A DNA stretch of 64,000 nt from Gemmiger formicilis (GTDB taxonomy: Bacteria; Bacillota_I; Bacilli_A; RFN20; CAG-826): contig CAVFXI010000034.1 of the NCBI GenBank assembly GCA_963626345.1, positions 5,081 through 69,080 on the forward strand, written 5' to 3'. Each line of letters begins with the position of its first letter. Positions within the stretch are counted from its first letter, which is position 1. Below the pieces are notes generated by a model. That model did no database searches. It was not told where the DNA came from and worked only from the letters and a program-made list of their open reading frames with translations. Shown here in pieces: positions 10,346 to 20,579 of the stretch. The translations under genes were made by a program, and so were the position numbers.

Positions 10346-10363
10346 ATTAACATATATGTTAAT
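10346..10363. promoter_or_regulatory. 18-bp perfect palindrome, candidate operator
   Basis: ATTAACATA|TATGTTAAT lies in the 142-bp divergent region between pfkA and pncB. Confidence 0.35.
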
Positions 10364-10427
10364 GAGTTTAATTTACGAATAAATATAATTTATATATAAT
10401 AATTAGGCTTAAAAGAAGGAAAACGAT

Positions 10428-11870
10428 ATGGTTAAAAGAGATTTAGCACTTGTAATGGATTTATATGAGTTAACAATGAGTAATGGTTACTTTAAAGAAA
10501 ATAAAATAAATCAAAAAGCTATTTTTGATATGTTCTATAGAAATAATCCAGATAATGGTGGATATGTAGTTTTTGCTGGACTTAATGAAGTCATAAATTA
10601 TATTCAAAATTTAAATTTTAGTGATTCAGATATTGAATATTTAGATTCATTAAAAATGTTTGATAAGGATTTTTTAAAATTCTTAAAAAACTTTAAATTT
10701 GAAGGTGACATCGTTAGTTTTGAAGAAGGAAGTATCGTTTATCCAAACGAACCTTTAATTACTGTTAAAGGGAGATTAATTGAATGTCAAATAATTGAAA
10801 CCGCCTTACTTTTAATGATTAATCATGAATCTTTAATTGCTACTAAAACAAATCGAATTGTTTTAGCAAGTAAAGGGAGAAGTGTAAGTGATTTTGGTGC
10901 AAGAAGAGCCCATAATGCTGATGCTGCAATTTATGGAGCAAGAGCAAGTTATATTGGTGGGGCAAGTGCTACAGCAACTGTTTTAGCTGGTAAATATTTT
11001 AATATCCCTGTTACGGGAACAATGGCTCATTCTTGGGTAATGTCTTTTGATTCTGAATATGATGCATTTTTAAGTTATGCAAAAATTTATCCAAATAATT
11101 GCGTTTTATTGATTGACACTTTTGATACTATTCACTCAGGGCTTAAAAACGCAATTAAAGTTTATAAAGATTTTTTAAAACCTAACGGATACAATCTTAA
11201 AGGTGTAAGAATTGATTCAGGTGATTTAAATTATTTATCTAAAAAATGCCGAAAAATTTTAGATGAAAATGGATTAAAAGATACAAAAATTGTTGTTTCA
11301 AATGCTCTTGATGAATATAAAATTCAATCTTTGCTTAACCAAGGAAGCGAAATTGATGCTTTTGGAGTTGGTGAAAATTTAATCACAAGTGCATCATCTC
11401 CAGTTTTAGGTGGCGTTTATAAAGTCGCTGCAATCGAAGAAAATGGTGTTTTTGTTCCAAAAATCAAGATTTCTGAAAGTGTAGAAAAAATAACAAATCC
11501 TGGGGAAAAAGATGTTTATAGAGTTTTTGATGAAAATGGCAAATCAGTTGCTGATTTAATTTCTTTAAAAGGTGAAGAATTAGATTTTAAATCGTTAAAT
11601 TATATTGATCCTAAAAAGCCATGGAAGAAAAGAAAATTTGTTAATTTTACTTTTAAAGAAATGCGTAAAGAAATTTTTAAGGATGGTAAGCTGGTTTATG
11701 AGATTCCATCACTTGATAAAACTAGAGAATATGTGAGACATCAAGTTGATAATGAATTATGGGATGCAGAAAAAAGATTTGTTTTACCTCATGAACATTA
11801 TCTTGATTTTACGAAAGCATATTACGACTTAAAAATGAAACTTATAGAAGAGAATAGATTTGATGAATAA
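10428..11870 (+). CDS. pncB: nicotinate phosphoribosyltransferase
   Basis: 480 aa with NAPRTase-like layout (YELTM N-terminus, GTMAHSWV, RIDSGDL). SD AAGAAGGAAA. First gene of pncB-nadD-nadE. Confidence 0.9.
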   Translation: MVKRDLALVMDLYELTMSNGYFKENKINQKAIFDMFYRNNPDNGGYVVFAGLNEVINYIQNLNFSDSDIEYLDSLKMFDKDFLKFLKNFKFEGDIVSFEEGSIVYPNEPLITVKGRLIECQIIETALLLMINHESLIATKTNRIVLASKGRSVSDFGARRAHNADAAIYGARASYIGGASATATVLAGKYFNIPVTGTMAHSWVMSFDSEYDAFLSYAKIYPNNCVLLIDTFDTIHSGLKNAIKVYKDFLKPNGYNLKGVRIDSGDLNYLSKKCRKILDENGLKDTKIVVSNALDEYKIQSLLNQGSEIDAFGVGENLITSASSPVLGGVYKVAAIEENGVFVPKIKISESVEKITNPGEKDVYRVFDENGKSVADLISLKGEELDFKSLNYIDPKKPWKKRKFVNFTFKEMRKEIFKDGKLVYEIPSLDKTREYVRHQVDNELWDAEKRFVLPHEHYLDFTKAYYDLKMKLIEENRFDE

Positions 11871-12492
11871 ATTAATTGTGTTTGGCGGAACTTTTAATCC
11901 ATTAACTTTTGCTCATGACGAGATTATTAATCTCGCTAAGAGTTATTTTAATGAAGAAAATATTGTCTTATTGCCATCCTCGGATAATTTCTTTCATAGT
12001 TGGAAAAATTACGATGAATCCATGATTTTACCAACTAAGGTAAGAGTTGAAACATTGAAAGAATATTGTAATAAAAATAATTGTTTATTGAGTTTAATTG
12101 AAGTAGAGGGGAAAACTTCCAAAACTATCGAGTCAATTCGAGAATTAAAAAAAGAATATAAAAAAGAAGAATGTTATTTTTTGTTAGGCAGCGAAAAAAT
12201 TAAAGAAGTTCATACATGGTTTTTAGCAGACCAATTGATAAAAGAATCATACTTGGTTTTCTTTAAGAGAAATAATGATGACTTTAAAAAAGAAATTGAA
12301 AAATCTAGTTTTATTAAATCCAATTTGGATCGATGCATATTTATCGAAGATACTTTAAGTGAATATCAAGATTATTCCTCAACTAAATTAAGAGAATTAA
12401 TAAAAAATAATGATTATAATAGTGCTAAAAAGATGACATTTGATTATATTTTAGAAAAAATAAGGAATGATAAAAATGGAAATAAAGAGTAA
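11863..12492 (+). CDS. nadD: nicotinate-nucleotide adenylyltransferase
   Basis: GGTFNPLTFAH (GxFxPxHxxH nucleotidyltransferase motif). The ATG at 11863 overlaps the pncB stop; the track start at 11860 is TTG. Confidence 0.85.
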   Translation: MNKLIVFGGTFNPLTFAHDEIINLAKSYFNEENIVLLPSSDNFFHSWKNYDESMILPTKVRVETLKEYCNKNNCLLSLIEVEGKTSKTIESIRELKKEYKKEECYFLLGSEKIKEVHTWFLADQLIKESYLVFFKRNNDDFKKEIEKSSFIKSNLDRCIFIEDTLSEYQDYSSTKLRELIKNNDYNSAKKMTFDYILEKIRNDKNGNKE

Positions 12493-14386
12493 GTTTGGGA
12501 CATATAAAGTTGCAACTGGTAATATTTATACCAAAGTTGGTGATGTTAATCATAATAAAGAAGAAATCATAAAACTAATTAAAGAAGCAATTAGTAAAAA
12601 TGTTAGTGTTTTAACATTTGGCGAATTGACATTAATTGGCTATACATCGCAAGATTTATTGTTTTTTAATGAATTAAATATTAAAGAAGAAGCAGCTATT
12701 AAAGAGATTTTAGAATATGTTGATGATTCAATTTTGGTAAGTGTCGGCGCTTCTTTTAGATTTAAAAATCAATTATTTAATACTTCTTTTTTGCTCTTTA
12801 ATCATAAAGTTATTGGGATTGTTCCTAAAACTTTTCTTCCATCCAATAATGAATTTTATGAGAACAGGTGGTTTAGTAGTGCAAAAGATGCGTCTTTTGA
12901 TAAAGTAATTTTTGATAATTATGAAGTTCCTTTTGGAAGTAATATTTTAGTACATTTTGATAAGATGATTGTTGGCGTTGAACTTTGTGAGGATCTTTGG
13001 GTCATTGATTCTCCAAGTAATCATTTAGCTTTAAATGGTGCAAATGTTATTTTAAATTTAAGTGCTTCAAATGATATTGTTGGAAAATCAAAATATCGTA
13101 ATAATCTAGTAAAAATGCAAAGTGCAAAGCTTTTATGTGCTTATGTTTATTCATCATCAGGAATGGGAGAGTCATCTCAAGATTTAGTTTATTCTGGTGA
13201 ACAATTAATTTATAACGAAGGGAGTTTAATTGCTTCTAGTAAAGATGAAAAGGGATTATTGATTGGTTTAATTGATATTGAAAAAAACATAAATGATCGA
13301 ATTAATTCTTCTCAATTTAAATATAAAATTAATAACGATAAAGAGTATCGTGATATTTATTTAAATGTTTCTTTGAAAGAAGATGAACTTTTAATTTCTA
13401 ATTATAATAGAACCCCTTTTATACCAAGCAATGAATTCAATAAAAACGAAAGATGTAATGAAGTGTTCGAACTTTTAAAGAAAGCATTAAAAACCAGACT
13501 TTTAAATATTAATTGTAAAAAAGTTGTTATTGGAATTTCTGGTGGACTTGACTCTTCATTAACTTTGCTTGTTGCTTATGAAGTTTTTAAAGATTTGAAT
13601 TACAATAAAAAAGATATTATTGCGGTTACTCTTCCAGGCTTTGGAAGCAGTAAACGTACTAAAAATAATGGTAGTGAACTAATCAAGAAATTAGGGGTTA
13701 ATGGAAAAACAATTGATATCAAAAAGATGTCGTCTTTACACCTAAAAGAATTAGATCATGATTTAAATACATTCGATGTGACCTATGAAAATGCACAAGC
13801 GAGAATTAGAACACTAAATTTAATGGATTTAGCAAATAAAGAAGGTGCAATTGTGCTTGGAACTGGTGATATGAGTGAAGCAGCTTTAGGTTTTTGCACC
13901 TATAATGCTGATCATATGAGTATGTATAATGTTAATATTGGTGTTCCTAAAACATTAGTTAAAGAAATTGTTAGGTATTATTCTTTGAATCATGAAGAAG
14001 TTAAAAAAGTATTGCAAGATATTATAAATACCCCATATTCACCTGAACTTTTGCCAATAAGTAAAGGCGAAGTTAATAATTCACAAGTCACAGAAAACAT
14101 TGTGGGAAGTTATACTTTACATGATTATTTCCTTTATCATTTATTACGTAATAAATTTAGCAAAGAAAAAATATATCGTTTAGCATGCTTATCTTTTAGT
14201 GATTTGGATCCTCTATACATTAAGAAAATACTCGATATATTCTTTAAAAGATTTATTTCTTCGCAATTTAAAAGAAGTTGCACACCAGATGGTGTAAAAG
14301 TTGGATCAATTGCACTTTCTCCACGTGGAGATTTAAGGTTAGCAAGTGATTTATCTTCTTCAATATTTAATGATGATAATAGATAA
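12476..14386 (+). CDS. nadE: glutamine-dependent NAD+ synthetase
   Basis: N-terminal C-N hydrolase domain (catalytic Cys in VELCEDLW) plus a C-terminal PP-loop synthetase (GISGGLDSS). The ATG at 12476 lies 8 nt after AAGGAA; an alternative ATG is at 12467. Confidence 0.9.
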   Translation: MEIKSKFGTYKVATGNIYTKVGDVNHNKEEIIKLIKEAISKNVSVLTFGELTLIGYTSQDLLFFNELNIKEEAAIKEILEYVDDSILVSVGASFRFKNQLFNTSFLLFNHKVIGIVPKTFLPSNNEFYENRWFSSAKDASFDKVIFDNYEVPFGSNILVHFDKMIVGVELCEDLWVIDSPSNHLALNGANVILNLSASNDIVGKSKYRNNLVKMQSAKLLCAYVYSSSGMGESSQDLVYSGEQLIYNEGSLIASSKDEKGLLIGLIDIEKNINDRINSSQFKYKINNDKEYRDIYLNVSLKEDELLISNYNRTPFIPSNEFNKNERCNEVFELLKKALKTRLLNINCKKVVIGISGGLDSSLTLLVAYEVFKDLNYNKKDIIAVTLPGFGSSKRTKNNGSELIKKLGVNGKTIDIKKMSSLHLKELDHDLNTFDVTYENAQARIRTLNLMDLANKEGAIVLGTGDMSEAALGFCTYNADHMSMYNVNIGVPKTLVKEIVRYYSLNHEEVKKVLQDIINTPYSPELLPISKGEVNNSQVTENIVGSYTLHDYFLYHLLRNKFSKEKIYRLACLSFSDLDPLYIKKILDIFFKRFISSQFKRSCTPDGVKVGSIALSPRGDLRLASDLSSSIFNDDNR

Positions 14387-14479
14387 TTTAGTCGATATAT
14401 TTTGTTTTTAAAATTAAAATTAAAAATTATTTTAGAAAGTTATTTTTAGATTTTTCTTTTAGTCTATAATATAAGAACT

Positions 14480-15703
14480 ATGTTAACGCTTGATTCAAAA
14501 TACAGTTTAAAAAGAAGGGGAGTATTATCGGTAAACGATAATCAATTTTTATATAATTTGTATTTGCCAATTATTGGTTATAAATCATTATTTATTTATG
14601 AATTTTTAGTTAATGAATATTATTATGGCGAAAAAGAGTCATACATTCATTATCTTGCAAAAAAATCCAATTTAAAGGTTGGTGAATTCTTGGAAAACAA
14701 GAATAATCTTGAATCAGTCGGACTTTTACAAACATTAGAAGACGGAAATAATTATGTTTTTATTTTAAAAACGGTTTTAAATCCAAATGATTTTTTTGAA
14801 AATAATACTTTAAAAAATTTATTTGTTTCTAAAGTCGGAAAAGATAATGCATTAAAGATTATTAAAAAATATGAAATCGACGATATTGACTTTTCAAAAT
14901 ATATCGATATTAGTGCTAGTGTTAATGAATCTTTTGAAGTTAAAATTGATGAAAATTTTGAACTAGATGAAGAACCAAATTTAATTTGTATTAATAAAAA
15001 TGAAGTAAAAGATGGTTTTGATGACACTAAATTGATTGAATATATCGCAAGAAAATCAAATATAAGTATTAAAGAATTTACTAATGAAGATATTAAAGAA
15101 ATGCATAGACTTGGATGTCTATATGGTTTAAACGAAGATATTATGGGATACATAATGATTGATGCTTACAAGTTTGACAATCCAGCAAACCATAAAGTTG
15201 ATTATGGTTATTGTAATAGACGTTGTAAAACTGAAATATCAAAATATAAGGCATATAATCAAAAGAAATATTCAAACAAAATTAGTTCTAAAACTAAAAA
15301 TGCAAATTTAATAAATCATTATGAAACGACAAGTCCTAGAATTTTTCTTAAAGATAAACAAAATGGAGTTGAACCAATTTTGGCTGATTTAAATATTATT
15401 GATTATTTGTCTCAAAATATGGGATTTTCTGATGGTATAATAAATGTAATTCTTGAGTATACCTTAAAAAATCTTGATGGGAAGCTGCTTAAAAATTATG
15501 TTGAAAAAGTGGCAGCAACTATGAAAAGAAAAGGTATTAAGAGTACCATCGAAGCTTATGATTATTTATTGGCCGATAAAAAACCAAATACGAATAGTAA
15601 AAAAGTCGCAAATGATAATTATCGTGTCATGACTGAAAAAGATAAGCTAGAATCTAATGATCTTGATGAAATTAGTGATGAAGATATCGGGGATTTATTG
15701 TAA
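14480..15703 (+). CDS. DnaD-domain replication initiation/membrane attachment protein (B. subtilis DnaB-like)
   Basis: The C-terminal segment (INVILEYTLKNLDGKLLKNYVEKVAATMKRKGIKSTIEAYDYL) resembles the DnaD/DnaB_2 domain. It sits directly upstream of, and overlaps by 1 nt, a dnaI-like gene, as in Bacilli. Confidence 0.65.
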   Translation: MLTLDSKYSLKRRGVLSVNDNQFLYNLYLPIIGYKSLFIYEFLVNEYYYGEKESYIHYLAKKSNLKVGEFLENKNNLESVGLLQTLEDGNNYVFILKTVLNPNDFFENNTLKNLFVSKVGKDNALKIIKKYEIDDIDFSKYIDISASVNESFEVKIDENFELDEEPNLICINKNEVKDGFDDTKLIEYIARKSNISIKEFTNEDIKEMHRLGCLYGLNEDIMGYIMIDAYKFDNPANHKVDYGYCNRRCKTEISKYKAYNQKKYSNKISSKTKNANLINHYETTSPRIFLKDKQNGVEPILADLNIIDYLSQNMGFSDGIINVILEYTLKNLDGKLLKNYVEKVAATMKRKGIKSTIEAYDYLLADKKPNTNSKKVANDNYRVMTEKDKLESNDLDEISDEDIGDLL

Positions 15704-16584
15704 TGAAAAACACGAATTTATTTAAAATTAACGAAAGTGAGTTAGTTGAATACGAAGAAGAGTGTTTCTTGAAAATTAAAAAAGATCCTGAGTTTTATGG
15801 TGTTCTTTTAGATAATGGATTTGATGATTCTTTAATTAAAAAATATATTGGAAGTTGCAATGCTTTTTATGAAGATTTTCAAAGTTGGAAAAAAATTAAA
15901 ACATTCGATGACGTCAATAGATATGGCATTATGTATGGTTATAATTTAAAAATTGAAAATGGGTTCATTAATAGGATTAGATATTTATTGCCCGCATATC
16001 AAGAATATATGGCTTTTCAATCAAAGTTTATTTATAAGGATTTTGATGATGAATTCGATAAAGTTACTCTTAAAGATGTTGATAATAAAGTTTTAAAGTC
16101 AAAAATTAAACAACTTGTTAAGGATAGAAGTTGGATTTATATGACTGGAGCAATTAGAAGTGGTAGAACTTTTTGTGCGATTGCTTTAATTAATGCAAGC
16201 GCCAATAAAGGTGGATCTAATCTTGCTTTTGTTAATACTCAAATACGTTTTAAAGAATTATCACAAATTGTTTTTACTGAAAAAGATTTATTTAATAAAA
16301 AAATAGAAGAGTTAAAGAATGCACATGTTTTAGTGTTTGATGGTTTTGGAAATGAATACATTAATGATGTTGTAAGAGATAACATTGTTTTACCAATTTT
16401 GCTTGCTAGAGCATCAAGTAGAAAAACAACGATATTTACTAGTGATTTTAGTTTAGATGATATTATTACTTTATATTCACAAAAAGATAAAAGTGGAAAT
16501 AATATTAAAGTTAAACAAATGGGCAATATTCTTAAGTCCATGATAAAAGAAGAAGTTATAACAAGTAAAACAAGTTTATATTAA
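15703..16584 (+). CDS. dnaI: DnaI-like helicase loader (AAA+), degenerate Walker motifs
   Basis: 293 aa with synteny to the DnaD-domain gene. The P-loop position reads GAIRSGRT (Lys to Arg) and the Walker B position reads LVFDGFG. Confidence 0.65.
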   Translation: MKNTNLFKINESELVEYEEECFLKIKKDPEFYGVLLDNGFDDSLIKKYIGSCNAFYEDFQSWKKIKTFDDVNRYGIMYGYNLKIENGFINRIRYLLPAYQEYMAFQSKFIYKDFDDEFDKVTLKDVDNKVLKSKIKQLVKDRSWIYMTGAIRSGRTFCAIALINASANKGGSNLAFVNTQIRFKELSQIVFTEKDLFNKKIEELKNAHVLVFDGFGNEYINDVVRDNIVLPILLARASSRKTTIFTSDFSLDDIITLYSQKDKSGNNIKVKQMGNILKSMIKEEVITSKTSLY

Positions 16585-16591
16585 AATTGAT

Positions 16592-17971
16592 TTAATCTAT
16601 GATTGAATCAATTTTTTTATATAATTCTTCTGGAGTTGAATTATTTTCAATCACATAAACATTTTCATTATTTTTATATGAAAAATCTTTATTAATGGCT
16701 CTGGATGAACTAACATCATCGCCACGAATATTTAAATGTTCAATTTGTTTATCTTTTGAAACTTCTAAAACAATTATTTTTTTAAACATATATTCATAAT
16801 GAGCTTTAAAAAGTAAAGGAACTTCAATTGCAACCTTATCATTTTCTTTAATAATAGAAACAAGTTTTTCTTCTAAAACGGGATATATATAATCTTCAAC
16901 GGCTTTCTTTTTTTCTGGATTTAATATCATAACTTGTTTTGCTTTTTTGGTTATTTCCTTATTATCGATATTAAACGGAACGCCTAAAATTCTACTAATT
17001 TTATTACTAATTGCTGGAATTCTATATAGTTCATGAACGATTTCATCGCTTGATAGAATTAAATATTTTTTCTTTTTTAAGTATTTTAAAACTGTGGATT
17101 TTCCTGATCCAATAGGTCCTGTGATGCCAATCGCCTTTTGAATCGATTTATCAATTTGGCAGTTTGGACAATAAGTTGTGCCTCTTCCTCCAATAAAGGT
17201 TTTGTGGAATTTTGTTCCGCAAATTGGGCAAGGTTTACCTTCGTGACCATAGCATTTTAAGTGTCCTTGCATTCTACCATCTACACCTTCGCTAGGATGA
17301 AAAGAATGAATAGTGGAACCTCCACATTCAATTGCTTCTTCTAGTATTTTTTTAGCATTAATACATATATTTTTTATTTCTTCATCAGTTAAATCTTTAC
17401 CCTTTTTAAAAGGTGAAATTTTACATGCATAATTAATCTCGTCTGCATAAATATTTCCAATCCCACATAAAATGGTTTGATCCAATAATAAATCTTTAAT
17501 GCATTTATTTTTATTTAGTTTCTTTTTTATTTCTTGATATGATGTTTCATTTAAATTTAAAGGTTCAATCCCAAGTTTTTTAATCATTTCTAAATTTTTG
17601 TATTCAGTTAGATTTGATAAATACATGATTCCAAATTTTCTTGTATCATCAAATGCTAATGAAGAACCATCTGTGAAATAAAATAGTGCAGTGGTGAATT
17701 TATTACGATGGTAGGCTGATTCTGAATATCTCCATTTGCCTTCCATTCTTAAATGATTAATCAAAACTAAATCATTTGAAAGCATAAAAAATAAATATTT
17801 TCCATATCGATCAATATTTAAGATCGTTTTATTTTTAACTTTTTCTTTAAATTCTTCTAGATTGCTTAAAACAAGTCTATCAAAATAAACTTCGACATGG
17901 TCAATTGTTTTCCCTTTTACTAATGGCAATATAATATTTCTAACTGTTTCAACTTCTGGTAATTCTGGCAT
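16592..17971 (-). CDS. mutM: fusion protein: formamidopyrimidine-DNA glycosylase (Fpg/MutM) + dephospho-CoA kinase (CoaE)
   Basis: aa 1-272 form a complete Fpg (MPELPEVETV ... zinc finger CPICG...CPNCQ). After an 8-aa linker comes a CoaE-like P-loop kinase (IGITGPIGSGKSTV). One uninterrupted 459-aa frame. Confidence 0.85.
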   Translation of the reverse strand: MPELPEVETVRNIILPLVKGKTIDHVEVYFDRLVLSNLEEFKEKVKNKTILNIDRYGKYLFFMLSNDLVLINHLRMEGKWRYSESAYHRNKFTTALFYFTDGSSLAFDDTRKFGIMYLSNLTEYKNLEMIKKLGIEPLNLNETSYQEIKKKLNKNKCIKDLLLDQTILCGIGNIYADEINYACKISPFKKGKDLTDEEIKNICINAKKILEEAIECGGSTIHSFHPSEGVDGRMQGHLKCYGHEGKPCPICGTKFHKTFIGGRGTTYCPNCQIDKSIQKAIGITGPIGSGKSTVLKYLKKKKYLILSSDEIVHELYRIPAISNKISRILGVPFNIDNKEITKKAKQVMILNPEKKKAVEDYIYPVLEEKLVSIIKENDKVAIEVPLLFKAHYEYMFKKIIVLEVSKDKQIEHLNIRGDDVSSSRAINKDFSYKNNENVYVIENNSTPEELYKKIDSIID

Positions 17972-17973
17972 AA

Positions 17974-20577
17974 TTATTTACTATCAAACCAAGTTTTGGC
18001 ATATCCTCCATCTACTTTTAAGTTAACTTTTAACTTAACACAATTTTCCATGATATTAGTTACTAATTCTTTAACTTTATCTTTTTCATCATCATAGACC
18101 ATTAAAGTTACTTCATCATGAATTTGCAAAATAAGTTTAGACTTAAAATTATTTTTTGTTAATTCATCATCTATTTTTATCATAGCAATCTTGATTAAAT
18201 CAGCAGCAGATCCTTGAATTGGAGCATTCATTGCAGCTCTTTTTGCAAACTCTCTAACTTGATAAGAAGGGTCGTTTATTTGCTCAAGATATCTTCTTCT
18301 ATTAAACATAGTTGTAGCATAACCATGAGTTTTTGCGAATTCGACAAGAGAATTTAAATAATCGCCTATTTCAGGAAATTCCATATAGAAACTTGAAATA
18401 ATTTCTTTAGCTTCTTTTGGAGAAACATCGATTTGTTCAGCAAGTCCCCAATCACTAATACCATAAACAATTCCAAAATTAACTGCTTTTGCTTTTCTTC
18501 TTTCAAGAGAAGTAGGTTCTCTTCCTTCGATATGGAATATCTTTTTAGCTGTTTCAGAATGGATGTCATGACCATTATTAAACATATTTATAAATGCTTC
18601 ACTATTTGATAAGTGTGCTAATACTCTTAATTCAATTTGTGAGTAATCAAGAGAAAGGATATATTTATCATCATCTTTATAATAGAATGCTTTCCTAATA
18701 GTTTTTGCTTCTTCATCTCTTACACTAATATTTTGCATATTTGGCTCGCTAGAAGAAAGTCTGCCAGTAGTGGTTGTCGCTTGATTAAATGTGGTATGAA
18801 TTTTATTATCTTCATGCACAAAATTAATGATTCCATCGACATAAGTTGAAATTAATTTAGCATATTTTCTATATTCTAAGACAAGAGGAACTATTGGATG
18901 TTTATCAATTAAATCTTTTAAAAATTCTATTGAAGTTGATCCTTTTTTATTTCCTGAAAGTTGCAATTTATCAAACAAAATTACGCCTAATTGTTTTGGA
19001 GATGCGATATTAAATTTTTCTCCTGCAAGTTCATAAATTTCTTTTTCTATTTCACTTAATTTCATTTCCCAATTCTTTTTATAGTCTAAAAGAATATCCT
19101 TGTCGACTGGGAAACCTTCCATTTCCATCTTAGCTAAAACTAGAGTTAATGGTTGTTCAATTGAATAAAGCAATTCATATTGATCTTTTTCTTTTAGTTT
19201 AAAAATAATATTTTCATATAAATTTAATGAATAATAAGCTTTTGCGCTTGCTAATTTAGGATTTCCTAAGTCTAGAAGTGGTGAACTTTCTAGTGCATAA
19301 CTTACATCAATTTTATTGCTAAGCATGATACTTTCAAATTCTGGTTTAATAGAAGAATCTAAAAGATAATTTGCTAATAATAAATCAAAAAATAATCCAT
19401 TAATCGCAATTTTTTCATTCGTGAGAACACAATAAATTGTTTTGTAGTCGAAGCAATATTTTTTAATATCTTTATTTTTTAAAGCATCTAATAATTTAAC
19501 ATCTTTCAAAATATTTTCTTTTCTTAGATAGTAAACTTTATCTTTAAATGAAATTGATAAACCATAAAGTTCTGCATCATGGTAATTACATTTATCATCG
19601 TAATCAATTGCTAGACCAAATCCATTTTCCAATTGAATATTTTTAGTGTCAGAAATTTCTTCATATTCAATTTCTTTATTTTCAATTGCTTTCTTTTTTA
19701 ATTCTTTTGGAAGTCTCGAAACTAAATTTTTTAGTTGATATTTAGTTGCGAAAGATGTGATTTCATCAAAATCATATCCTTGATAGATAGTCTCTGGAAC
19801 AGTGAAAGAAATTTCTTCATTTATTCGAATTGTTGCAAGATCTTTAGAAAGCCTCCCAGTATCTTGATTTTGAACGATAGATTCGCAAACTTTACTTGTT
19901 TGAGTTTTTGCATACTCAATAATATTTTCTATATCTCCATGTTCTTTAATCAATGTTAAAGCAGTTTTTTCACCAACTTTAGGAATTCCTGGGATATTAT
20001 CGCTTGTATCACCAAGCAATCCTTTTAAATCAGTAATTTGAATTGGTTCAATTCCATATTCTTCATGAAATGTTTTTAAATTCATTTCATGAATATCTTT
20101 CAAGCCTTTCTTAATAAGTTCAATTGTGATATTTTCATCAATTAATTGAAGATAATCATGATCACTTGTATAAATTTGAACTGTATATCCTTCTTTTCCA
20201 GCTTTCTTAGCCATAATTCCTGCGATATCATCAGCTTCAATTTCATCTGATTCATAATAAGGAATTGAAAGAGATTTTAAAAGTTCTCTAGCAATAGGCA
20301 TTTGAAGGAGCAATTCTTCAGGTGCTTTTTTTCTGTTTGCTTTATATTCTTTATAAGCTTGATGTCTAAAAGTATGTGACCCTTTATCGAAAGCAACAAA
20401 AATACCATCGTCTTTATCGATAGTTTTTAAAATATTAGAGAGCATATTTGAAAATGCAACTATGGCGTTAGTGGGTGTTCCATAGGTTGTTTGAAGAATT
20501 GGAGCATCTTTAAAACTTGTTGCATAAAAAGCTCTAAATAAAAGGCTATTTCCATCAATAATAACAATTTTAGACAT
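17974..20577 (-). CDS. polA: DNA polymerase I
   Basis: 867 aa. 5'-nuclease N-terminus (IIDGNSLLFRAFYA) and polymerase motifs DYSQIELRVLAH and LQIHDE. Confidence 0.95.
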   Translation of the reverse strand: MSKIVIIDGNSLLFRAFYATSFKDAPILQTTYGTPTNAIVAFSNMLSNILKTIDKDDGIFVAFDKGSHTFRHQAYKEYKANRKKAPEELLLQMPIARELLKSLSIPYYESDEIEADDIAGIMAKKAGKEGYTVQIYTSDHDYLQLIDENITIELIKKGLKDIHEMNLKTFHEEYGIEPIQITDLKGLLGDTSDNIPGIPKVGEKTALTLIKEHGDIENIIEYAKTQTSKVCESIVQNQDTGRLSKDLATIRINEEISFTVPETIYQGYDFDEITSFATKYQLKNLVSRLPKELKKKAIENKEIEYEEISDTKNIQLENGFGLAIDYDDKCNYHDAELYGLSISFKDKVYYLRKENILKDVKLLDALKNKDIKKYCFDYKTIYCVLTNEKIAINGLFFDLLLANYLLDSSIKPEFESIMLSNKIDVSYALESSPLLDLGNPKLASAKAYYSLNLYENIIFKLKEKDQYELLYSIEQPLTLVLAKMEMEGFPVDKDILLDYKKNWEMKLSEIEKEIYELAGEKFNIASPKQLGVILFDKLQLSGNKKGSTSIEFLKDLIDKHPIVPLVLEYRKYAKLISTYVDGIINFVHEDNKIHTTFNQATTTTGRLSSSEPNMQNISVRDEEAKTIRKAFYYKDDDKYILSLDYSQIELRVLAHLSNSEAFINMFNNGHDIHSETAKKIFHIEGREPTSLERRKAKAVNFGIVYGISDWGLAEQIDVSPKEAKEIISSFYMEFPEIGDYLNSLVEFAKTHGYATTMFNRRRYLEQINDPSYQVREFAKRAAMNAPIQGSAADLIKIAMIKIDDELTKNNFKSKLILQIHDEVTLMVYDDEKDKVKELVTNIMENCVKLKVNLKVDGGYAKTWFDSK

Positions 20578-20579
20578 AA

